Below, piece by piece: positions 25,752 through 34,600 of a stretch of 64,000 bases of DNA. Under the pieces are notes generated by a model that had not been told where the DNA came from, did not search any database, and saw only the letters and a program-made list of their open reading frames with translations. The DNA lies in the IMG/VR virus record IMGVR_UViG_3300021426_000089, positions 4,126-68,125 of that record. One strand, given 5' to 3'. The translations under genes were made by a program, and so were the position numbers. This DNA comes from a virus. Lineage: Duplodnaviria; Caudoviricetes. Positions within the stretch are counted from its first letter, which is position 1. Every line of letters begins with the position of its first letter.

Positions 25752-26399
25752 TTATAAGTCAACAAATTGGTAGGAAGTCTTTCCGCTGCCGAGGTCTTTT
25801 CGCTTGATGGCCACTCCCGATACCGGGAAAATCTCTTTGCCCTGCGACTCCAGATCCGAGCACTGGTCCAGCACATCCTTTATGCTATGAGAGTTGGTGA
25901 TGAATTTCACCTTCTCCCCACTGTGCTTCAACTCCACCAAGACCACGTACCTATCGTTGTTCTTCTTCGCGTGGTCCTTGATGTCGGTCGTGTCAATATT
26001 GCTTTGGAAGTCAAGAACCGTCAACTCCGTATTGATGATGTCCGAAAGCTGAACCTGACGCACGTCAAAGAACTTCTTCCCGTCCTTCAACGTGCCTCTT
26101 ACCGTCTTGATTCCTTTGTCTGCAAATCCCATATCTTTTCCTGTTACTTTCTTCCAGAGGTGGCGGCATCTGCCATACATACACCAGCCTCTATAACTAT
26201 CGTCTATTTCTCTTATTCGTCTCCGGCTCTTTACCCGCTGCCGGGACGCTATAAACCGCTTCTTGATGCTTTTTCGCAGCCTCATATTCTCGCGACTGAA
26301 CTCATACCCGAGAAAGTCAATGCTGCGACCTATGTCCTCTCTGCCTCCACCTTTTCTTCTTTTTCTTTCCATAGTGGCGTAACGGTGCGTAAAAACCAC
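25752..26399 (-). CDS. DGR RT segment 3 (IDFLGY motif 7 + thumb) fused to a ~125-aa extra domain
   Basis: SIDFLGYEF, RGWCMYGRCRHLWKKV, then MGFADKG... in the same frame with no stop; internal ATG at 26372. Confidence 0.85.
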   Translation of the reverse strand: MVFTHRYATMERKRRKGGGREDIGRSIDFLGYEFSRENMRLRKSIKKRFIASRQRVKSRRRIREIDDSYRGWCMYGRCRHLWKKVTGKDMGFADKGIKTVRGTLKDGKKFFDVRQVQLSDIINTELTVLDFQSNIDTTDIKDHAKKNNDRYVVLVELKHSGEKVKFITNSHSIKDVLDQCSDLESQGKEIFPVSGVAIKRKDLGSGKTSYQFVDL

Positions 26400-26628
26400 T
26401 TGACTTTACAACCAAGCCCCTCGCCTCCGCCAATTCATCGTACTTATTCAGAAGGAAACGGGCCTCGGCCTTACTCCGGGACAACATCACCATATCATCG
26501 CAGTTGCGATGCAGCTTGGCGTGATACTTCTCCGTGAGGATGTGGTCAATCTCATTGTGGTTGAGGTTTCCGATCATCCCGCTTATGTAAGCGCCAATTC
26601 GTACACCTCTCCTTCTTTGCTCTTTCAT
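26317..26628 (-). CDS. DGR RT segment 2 (motifs 4-6, NCDD)
   Basis: GVRIGAYISGMIGNL and HRNCDDMVML. Confidence 0.85.
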   Translation of the reverse strand: MKEQRRRGVRIGAYISGMIGNLNHNEIDHILTEKYHAKLHRNCDDMVMLSRSKAEARFLLNKYDELAEARGLVVKSSGFYAPLRHYGKKKKKRWRQRGHRSQH

Positions 26629-27205
26629 CTGCTAAAGCCTGTTCAATTTCATCACCGCTGTCGTAATCCAGTACGCAAATCTTCATCAGTGTTATGAACT
26701 TCTCGTCCTTGAACTTGTGCCGAAGCGCTCGCTCCAAATACTCCGGGCTGATGCTCTGGTAATATTTTTTGCAGTCGCTTTGGGAGAACCAGTTGTAGTG
26801 CGGGTTGCGACGAAGAATCCGCTTCACGCGCTTTACTCCATACAAACAACCTCTACCCTTGATGCAGCAAGAAGTATCTGCAATCAGCGTCTTGTTCACT
26901 ATCGGCTCTATCACCTGCACTATGGCGTGGCTCATAATCTTCCACGGCATATAATCCTCATCATCCAAGTCCCGAATCTTGCCCTTGTCAGCCTTCCGTT
27001 TCAGCTTCCGGCTGTGATGGGGCGGGAACTCCAGCGACAGAATCATCTTCTGCAGATTATCTATCTGATTCTCGGCATCTGCATTAAAGTCGCGGATCTG
27101 CTTGCTGCGTTTGGCCTTTCCTCCTCGCTGGGATTTCTTCACCGCCCGCCTCAAATTGTCCTTATCCGCAATCTGCTCCAGTATGTAACCTACTTTCTTC
27201 GTCAT
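26552..27205 (-). CDS. DGR RT segment 1 (motifs 0-3)
   Basis: NLRRAVKKSQRGGK, GKIRDL, HAIVQVIEP, IKGRG, SDCKKYYQSI. Confidence 0.9.
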   Translation of the reverse strand: MTKKVGYILEQIADKDNLRRAVKKSQRGGKAKRSKQIRDFNADAENQIDNLQKMILSLEFPPHHSRKLKRKADKGKIRDLDDEDYMPWKIMSHAIVQVIEPIVNKTLIADTSCCIKGRGCLYGVKRVKRILRRNPHYNWFSQSDCKKYYQSISPEYLERALRHKFKDEKFITLMKICVLDYDSGDEIEQALADERAKKERCTNWRLHKRDDRKPQPQ

Positions 27206-27505
27206 ACATCTTGTTACTTAATTCACTGCAGGAAGTCCTGCATATATGAATCCGCCCGAAGCGTTGGACCCCTGCCCGGCCTTCCTCACGGCGGCAGAAA
27301 CAAAGTGCCGCACACTGGAGTCTATGCCATTAGCAGGACCTACATTAGCCTCGCTTACTCACCCCTACAACTGGGTGGCCTTTCCGCATTCGATATGTTT
27401 TGACAACGCCATCACCGCATTTCTGCCCGATGGGGTCAAGGTTGAGGGGACTCGCTGCCCGGTATTTATCCGGGAGAACGAAACAGGGTTTCTTTCACAT
27501 TGTAT

Positions 27506-27613
27506 GACGCGCCCCGATGTTCGAGTTCGTGTTCGACCAAGCGTTGTTCGAGTTAGCGTAGAACGGACCCGAGTTCGCCCCGTTATTCGAGTTACCACCG
27601 ACCAACAGGACCT
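27506..27613 (-). repeat. DGR template repeat (TR), 108 bp
   Basis: 98/108 identical to the VR; 10 AAY codons in the VR-equivalent frame. Confidence 0.97.
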
Positions 27614-27742
27614 CAAACACCGACACTAATGTCCCCTCCCACCTACCACGACCTGCTACCCGACCTTCGGCGTAGTGGTGCGGCTCCGGGCCGCCTTCGC
27701 AGCCTCGGCCCGCACCATCGTGGATTCGATGCCGTAGAGCCA

Positions 27743-27767
27743 AGTCCTGAACCCAAGTTCAAGGACT
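27743..27767 (-). other. Hairpin/cruciform downstream of target gene (candidate DGR target-recognition element)
   Basis: AGTCCT(T)GAAC-TTGG-GTTCAGGACT: 10-bp stem, one bulge, 4-nt loop. Confidence 0.5.
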
Positions 27768-27792
27768 GACGTTCATATTTCAAAGAACTGTA

Positions 27793-29109
27793 CTACAAGT
27801 CGCGACCGTCAACGAACTGGACTTGGCCGTAATACGCAGGACGCGCCCCGATGATCGAGGTCGTGGGCGACCAAGCGTTGCCCGAGTCAGCGTAGAACGG
27901 ACCCGAGTACGCCCCGAAATTCGAGTTACCACCGACCAACAGGACCTGTCCCGTATTGTTGCCATAGTAGTAGTCACTCCAAGCGTAGTTGCTACCTCCG
28001 TTCAGAGTCTTGGCAAAGATGTCAAAGTCAGCACCTTTGAGCATTGCGCGGACGTAGCCACTGGTCGTCTGGCGTACCAGCTGGCGGAACTTACCGCTCG
28101 GGTGCGAGGCCAGTTCGGAAGAAGAAGGCATCCTGTTACCTTCGTAGAGGAAGATTTCTGTTCCGTCCTGATCGTTGTTCGCGGAATTGCCGAAGAAGCA
28201 GCCCTGAATGAACTCCCACTGCGCATTCCAGAAGTCCTCGACACCAAGCACAGAAACGTGGCAGGAATCGGCCTGTGCATCGGCATCGGAGATAGCGACG
28301 CTACCAGTGGCATCGCCCAGTCCCTTCGTCTTGCCCGTGAGTTTGAGGACGGCGCTGGCCAGAGTCTTGTCCCAAGCAACACCAGCGCTTCCGCCGACAC
28401 CCTGACCGATGCTGGCCTGAATGTTGGCATTGCCGTTGCTTTCGCAGAGGCACATCATCGCGATCCACTTCCAAACATTGACATTTGTCAGGCCCCAGTT
28501 TGCGCCGAAGCTCTGGGCCGCATTCCAGTAGCCGTTGATGCTCTTGGAACTGGTGTCGAAGTTGACATCACTCCGGCTCACCAGCTTGCCGCCGGAGATA
28601 GAGCCTTTGTATGCGCCAACGACAATGTACTGGTTGTTTCCGGCGTTGGCCAGATAGTGCTCGCTGATCGGCTGCTGGCTCAACCACAGGTACGGAATGC
28701 TGGTCTCTGCGTCCAGCAGGTACAGGAAATAGAGCCGAGGACCGATAACGACAACGCTGCCCCGGCTTTCGTCAAGGACAGTACCATCAGCGAAGATGGC
28801 GGAGTTGTTGGGATGCAGCTTCGCGGCACGGCCATTGGCATCCATCAGGTAGCGGCCCACCTGCGCTTTGTAGGCGGCATAGGCCGACAGGTTGCCAACC
28901 ATTCCCCACGCCGGGTTGGTCTGGAGCTCATCCTTGATAGGGATGCCCCACGCCACCTCGTGCAGGAGTTCGGTCTGGCCCTCGTTGATTGATTCAAGGA
29001 ACTCCTCAACAGTGATGCGGCGGACACTGCCACCGGCCTCAACGATTACGGAGTTCGATTTGGTTAGCGAATGAACTTGCGTCGCAGAACCAAGATTCTT
29101 ATTTGCCAT
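27793..29109 (-). CDS. DGR target: virion/tail-associated protein with C-terminal CLec-type variable domain
   Basis: C-terminal VLLVGG...IGAR VR; located in the tail-tip block. Confidence 0.9.
   Translation of the reverse strand: MANKNLGSATQVHSLTKSNSVIVEAGGSVRRITVEEFLESINEGQTELLHEVAWGIPIKDELQTNPAWGMVGNLSAYAAYKAQVGRYLMDANGRAAKLHPNNSAIFADGTVLDESRGSVVVIGPRLYFLYLLDAETSIPYLWLSQQPISEHYLANAGNNQYIVVGAYKGSISGGKLVSRSDVNFDTSSKSINGYWNAAQSFGANWGLTNVNVWKWIAMMCLCESNGNANIQASIGQGVGGSAGVAWDKTLASAVLKLTGKTKGLGDATGSVAISDADAQADSCHVSVLGVEDFWNAQWEFIQGCFFGNSANNDQDGTEIFLYEGNRMPSSSELASHPSGKFRQLVRQTTSGYVRAMLKGADFDIFAKTLNGGSNYAWSDYYYGNNTGQVLLVGGNSNFGAYSGPFYADSGNAWSPTTSIIGARPAYYGQVQFVDGRDL
27840..27947 (-). repeat. DGR variable repeat (VR), 108 bp
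   Basis: All 10 differences from the TR are at TR adenines; 7 Asn codons changed to F,Y,D,G,P,T,I. Confidence 0.97.
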
Positions 29110-29128
29110 AACTATTGGTATTTAATTG

Positions 29129-30190
29129 TTAATCAGTCCAAGTGACTTCGGACACAACTTCCACGTCCTTCTCAACGCCTCCGGCATCGGTCTCGGCAGT
29201 GGTTACTTGACAGATGCAGGTCGCAGCAGCAACACCGGGCTGGACCGTTTTCAGGATTCCCCAAGAATCCTTATCCATCACCAGCATCTTCCACATACCG
29301 CTGACATTAACCTCGGTATTGGTACGGACGTTCACGACGTATGCCTGAACATACACCGGGTTATTGACATCAACCTCACGATTGGCGTTGGCCGTGGTCC
29401 CGCCACTGTTCACGTAGCGGTGCTCAACGTGGAAATCATCGTTGGTGTCAATGATGCGGATTCCGGCCCGGAATACGGGCGTAGTGTCCCCAGCACTCTT
29501 ATAGAACTCGGCTATGATGAGCTGCGTACCATCAACGTCTCCCGTGTTGACAGTAATGCTGGCTCCGCTCTTTCCACTCCACAGCACGTCGTCCTTGTAC
29601 CATTTCACGGCGTAGTTAGACTGCTCCGTGCTGCCGAGGTACAACTTCGTGTTGATGGTGGCGGAAGTGACCTGCGGCGTAAGCTGCTCGGTTGTGGCGT
29701 TGATCGTGCCGTAGTAGGAAGAAGCACCTACACTCTGAATCTGAACGTCGATGCTCTTGGAGAGGTTGTATTCAACCCCGGCCACGGTTGCAACGCAGTT
29801 GTAGGTCAGGTTGTCGCTGGCCACGTTCGTAGCGCTGGCAAGGTTCGCGATGATCTTCAACGCGCCAGTGGCTGTGTTGAGTTGGAACTTGCCCGTAGAG
29901 TCTGTCGTCCAGTCGCCGGAACTGGCCCCCGTAAACAGAAGAATCTGGCCGTTGTAGGACCACTGATGTCCGCCAAGACTAACGGTATTGCCGCGGGCGG
30001 AAGTCACCCTCGGTGTGATAACAGGCTGATTGGCGGCTACCGTCCAATCGGGGGTAACGTCGCCAGTCACAGGGTCAACCCCCTGAAACAGGGGTACTCC
30101 GTTCAGGTCAAGGCTGATGAAGAAGGTGTCACCGTTACGGAGTCGCTTGACGGTGATACTGCCTTGTGCGCTTAAATTACTCATTTCCAA
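29129..30190 (-). CDS. Tail-tip structural protein (Ig-like repeats)
   Basis: Beta-rich, in the tail block. Confidence 0.6.
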   Translation of the reverse strand: MEMSNLSAQGSITVKRLRNGDTFFISLDLNGVPLFQGVDPVTGDVTPDWTVAANQPVITPRVTSARGNTVSLGGHQWSYNGQILLFTGASSGDWTTDSTGKFQLNTATGALKIIANLASATNVASDNLTYNCVATVAGVEYNLSKSIDVQIQSVGASSYYGTINATTEQLTPQVTSATINTKLYLGSTEQSNYAVKWYKDDVLWSGKSGASITVNTGDVDGTQLIIAEFYKSAGDTTPVFRAGIRIIDTNDDFHVEHRYVNSGGTTANANREVDVNNPVYVQAYVVNVRTNTEVNVSGMWKMLVMDKDSWGILKTVQPGVAAATCICQVTTAETDAGGVEKDVEVVSEVTWTD

Positions 30191-30393
30191 TCCTCCTCCT
30201 GTAGGATTCTTTCAGTTTCAGAGGCGGAATAAATAGTTCCGTCTATGGCGAGAAGTTTCTCCTCCTGCGTCTGGCCCGGCACAACTCCCAACTCCTTCTC
30301 ATTGATGAGAATTTGTCCGTCCTTCTGCCGATGGCCATTGCTTCGGATGCCGCACATCAGGACCTTGCCTCTGTTAGCGATGATATACTTCAT
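30181..30393 (-). CDS. Small tail-block protein
   Basis: Operon ORF. Confidence 0.6.
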   Translation of the reverse strand: MKYIIANRGKVLMCGIRSNGHRQKDGQILINEKELGVVPGQTQEEKLLAIDGTIYSASETERILQEEDWK

Positions 30394-30395
30394 AA

Positions 30396-31631
30396 TTAGT
30401 TGAAAATTAGTTTGTTGCCGTTCTCGTCAACGAACTGATTCCCGCTCTCGTCAATGGCGAAATCGTGCTGTCCCTTGATTTCGGCCTCGGTATAGATGTC
30501 GAGCCAGTCGTCGTTATAGTTGATACCGATACCAGTCTTGGCCAGCGAGAACAACGTTTTTTCTCCCTCGTTGTGGACCAGTTCGGTGATAGTGGCAGAA
30601 TCTGTTTTCCAGATAATTCGGATAATATTCTCCGGGCAGTCAACGATGTTACCATCGCTATCAACCATAGCCGTGTCGAAGCGCTGAACATCGCCGGGAT
30701 TGATGCCTGTACCATTCGTAGGACGGCAGTTGAACTCCTGATAAACCCTGTTCACGGAGAACTGGAGCTGCGGCTCGATGCGGGCTGAATCCGTAATGAT
30801 AGCCTTGATCAGGTAGTCGGACTTCGTTACCACACGAAGATCAAGGGTGATTGCCGTAGGAGTGATGGCTACGACCTCGCCAGTACCTGCCGTCAGTTCT
30901 ACAAAGGTGTTGACACCAGTTACGCGGTACAACTTGATGCTGTAGCCAGAAGTAACCCGATTCGAGCCCTGAAACAGGGAAACGGGTATTTCGCGGATAT
31001 AGGCGTTTTCGTCCTTTGCCGCGGCTTCGGCTGCAGCACTCGCCGTTATCAGGCCGTGCGCCACCTTGTAATCGTACAGATGCAACTTATCCTTGAAGGG
31101 GTTGTACTGGATGATCTGGTCGTCACCGATGGAAAGCGAATAGCTGTCCTCCGACACGTCTTGGGTGGATAGGATGAAGGCATCGCTTACCACATCGAGG
31201 ACAGTGCCGAGGCGCGGATCCGTTATCTTTCCCTCGAAGTGGAGACTGTACTGTTTATCCGGGCTTACGTTTTCGTTCAGCGTGATGGAACCGCGATAGT
31301 TCGAGTCCGTGTTGTCGATAACGTACTTGGCACGGCCATCGGGAAGGGTTCCGTTCCAGTCCGGGTGCAACGAAATCTCAATGCCGTCCACGAACCACTT
31401 CATATTGGTAAGGACGGCGTTGCCGTACTGGTTGTGCCACGACCCGTCGTTGGCATTGGCCATAATCATCGGCCAAAACGTAGAGGGCGACAGGCGGCGG
31501 TTGGGCTCATACTCATCATTTGCAGAGTTGTACACCTGCATAGCGGGACTGCCGGGAGTAAGGCACTCTATCGACACCGCCAAATTCAGAGGGGCGTAAT
31601 CTACCCTGATTCGTTTCTTGTTGCTAATCAT
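30396..31631 (-). CDS. Tail-tip structural protein
   Basis: 411-aa beta-rich ORF in the tail block. Confidence 0.65.
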   Translation of the reverse strand: MISNKKRIRVDYAPLNLAVSIECLTPGSPAMQVYNSANDEYEPNRRLSPSTFWPMIMANANDGSWHNQYGNAVLTNMKWFVDGIEISLHPDWNGTLPDGRAKYVIDNTDSNYRGSITLNENVSPDKQYSLHFEGKITDPRLGTVLDVVSDAFILSTQDVSEDSYSLSIGDDQIIQYNPFKDKLHLYDYKVAHGLITASAAAEAAAKDENAYIREIPVSLFQGSNRVTSGYSIKLYRVTGVNTFVELTAGTGEVVAITPTAITLDLRVVTKSDYLIKAIITDSARIEPQLQFSVNRVYQEFNCRPTNGTGINPGDVQRFDTAMVDSDGNIVDCPENIIRIIWKTDSATITELVHNEGEKTLFSLAKTGIGINYNDDWLDIYTEAEIKGQHDFAIDESGNQFVDENGNKLIFN

Positions 31632-34600
31632 ATCGTCAAATTGTATTCGGCGCTGTCGCCATCGGAAAGCACAGCGGTGATGGTAAACAAGGTGCTGACC
31701 CCAATAGTGGCGAGGTCGCTGTAGTTCTGATTATGTTCTATGACTATGCTGCCGCGGAAGTTGACCGCTTTGCTGGAGAGGTTCCAAGCCGCATCCGCCA
31801 GCGGGTCGCCGCTATCGCGCTCAATCCGCCACGCAACGACATCTGCAGTCACATCGTCCCAGCCCTTCCACACCGAACACGTCACGTTCAGCGACTCACC
31901 GAAGGCAAGTGTGTCCTGTCCCTCCGTGTCAATCTCCAAGCGATAGGGTAGAAGCAGGAACTGCTCAATAACACCGCTCATATAGATGTTGTTGAGGTAG
32001 GCGGAATAGCCCGTCATATTCAGCCCGAAGATGTTCAAGTTCGACAGGTCGCCGAACTGCGCACCGATATTGTTCGCGCTGAACTCCCACGTGTTCACGT
32101 CTTTGAGGTAACGTTCGTAGGTCCGGGTGCTGTATCTGGCCGTCTGCCTATCGGTATTGCTAAAGTTGCCGTATGCGACAAAGTGCATAGCCTCCGACGG
32201 GTGGTAGGTCTCGGGCCAGCTCGCGCTTACAGGGCGGATGGCATAGCGGAAGCAGTGATTATCTGCGGCCAGCAGCTCCGTCACCCTGAAATAGGTGGTG
32301 TAGAAGCCGGAGAAGTGGAAGTTTCCGACACCATCGTCACCATCCGCAAGAGCATTGCTACTCTCGTTAATTCCGTCGTGGAAGATACCCATACAGATGT
32401 CGTCCAGCGCCACCTGACCGATTTCTCCATCTTCGAGGTGCAGATAGATAACGCCAGTATTCAGCATATTGCCATTGGCATCGTAGTCGGGCTCGACCCG
32501 CTCAATGATGCCACCGCCCGGAGCCCGCCACTGGTTGCCAACTAACGTGTCAATCCTGTTGTAGCGCAACTCCGGCACTTCAAGGAAGTGATGCAGGGTA
32601 AGGCTCTGCAACTCGCCGTTTCCGGCCCCATCAATCTTTCCTCCAAAGCCTGTTATGCCCTCGGCGAAATTGCCAAATGTTGCACCTTGAAGGAAAGTGA
32701 TGAGACCGCGAGCGATGTCGTCGTATTTCTTGGAAAGGAACTCCAGTTGGGACCGTAGCGCAGAATATACGTTGTCGTCAGCTGCTGGCCTACCGTCCCT
32801 GCTCATAATAATGTCAACTCCGGCCCCACCCTTGTTCACTTCTATTTGGTGCGCAAGATTGGATAGAGCCGTGGCCGTGGACTGAACGTAAGAGGACTTC
32901 TTCTTCTCCCGGAGCGTAACTTTGTATGTGGGAATGTTATCCTCATTTTCTTCGATTACAAGGCTATCAATCAGGATGTAATCGGTGTACCCCTCAATGA
33001 TGTCCTCGTCGTGGATCTGCATATACATACCCTCTTTGAGGGTAGCCCCGGACCTGACAATCTGCTTTGCATCAACCTCCGGCTCGTAATAGGCTTTCCC
33101 GTTGCTGACATCATCATACAGTTTCAGGCCGTACTCCAGCAACGTCTCCTGTCCGATAAAGACGTACAACTCCGGCATTTCAATGTCAAGAATGACGAAT
33201 GCGTCCCCGGCGTTGATTGGATAGTTGGAGTTGGGGTAAAGCATATTCACGGCGGAGTCCTGAACTCGCTTCACCGTCAGCTCCCAGTCGTCGGAAACAG
33301 GGCGATAGGTACACCGCTTAACGATGAAGTTCCGGCCACCACACATACCATCCTTCATAGAGATAGTCGCGATGCCTCCGCTGGTGGTGGTCAGACACTC
33401 GGCCATATTGAAGCCAATCTGCTTGATGTATAGCTTGAAGGAGTCCGTAATGTCCTCCTTAAATCCGAAGTAGATGCTGCCGCTGCTCGAAATGAACGAA
33501 TACGTCATACCCGTTTCGTTGTCGTAGGTTCGGTCGAACAGAAGCAGGACCTGAATGCGAACAATCTTCCCAGCCGAAATGCAGTACTCTTTCTTCATCG
33601 AAACACTGCGGCTCGGAGTCATTTTTACTGGAGGAGTAGGGTCAAGGACAGTATCTTCCTGCTGCTCGATTGTAGTTCCACCGTCAGCGGTCTGCACCGT
33701 CAAGATTACACGCTGCTTAATAACTGGCGCGTCGTTGCCGAGGCCGCTAAAATCGAACCCGATTTCAAGCGTGGGCTCTATGATCACACGAGTGCCGGAC
33801 TGCGCCGGAGTGTAGTCAATGATGGTTCGGATAACAGGCTTCTTGTACGTTTCTGGGCGAGTGTCCCTGTCGTTTTCGGAAGCCCCGATATATCCGCTAC
33901 CGCTGGCGAAAGTGACAGACCGCGTGTCCTCGTAAACCACATCGCCATCGTCAACGGTAACACCGTTATCGCGGGGATTGGCGCAGGACTTCACCAAGTC
34001 CATTCGTTCAGCATCAGGGTAAAGCGTAGTGCTCGGAATATACGTGGAGTCGCCGTGGGCCGCTTTCGCGGTACGGAGCCTGCCCGCAGTGAGGTTCTTG
34101 ATGGAGGGATAGATTTCTTCGTTCTGGCTTCCGTTGAAATACACCTTTCGCGGAATGAGACCATACTTCGCGACCTTTTCCGGATCCTCAATATAGCAGA
34201 GGCTGGCATCGGGACGGAGCTGGCCCGTAACCGGGTCAGTGGCCTTGCCCCAGTTCGCCAAAGGCAGCATCAGATTGGCGATGTCAACGCTATCAGCATT
34301 GCATATCTCCAACCCGTTGTAATACCTATTCGGAAGGTTGCGTTCGCTGCCGTACACATACAGCCGGGTGGCAAACTCATCAACGTTGGTATAGGACTTC
34401 TTAATGGCATTCAGCCCAGCACCAAGCCCGTACAGGAATACAGACGAAGTGTTGGACGAATCCCGCTTGTTGGGACGGCCGATAGTGATGATGTCCTTGT
34501 CGCGTTCTACGTCATAGGTATGGATCCAGCCGATGCCCTCCCACGTGTTGTAAATAGTGTTGAGAGCACCGAGACAGCTTCCGCTACTCACGGTGAACTC

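Larger units (their letters stand above)
25752..29109 (-). mobile_element. Diversity-generating retroelement cassette (target-VR / TR / spacer / split RT)
   Basis: TR/VR pair with adenine-only mismatches next to a DGR-type RT. Confidence 0.97.

Noticed and set aside
25752-27205. RT as group II intron, retron or Abi RT
   Set aside because: An adjacent TR/VR pair with A-specific mismatches and a DGR-type N-terminus; no intron domain V or msr/msd seen
27365-27743. Short ORFs overlapping the TR as possible avd
   Set aside because: They are simply TR reading frames (Asn/Arg-Thr-rich) and not a helical ~120-aa Avd-like protein
27823-28992. 389-aa plus-strand ORF nested antisense to the DGR target
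   Set aside because: No recognisable motifs; composition fits the antisense shadow of a codon-biased gene
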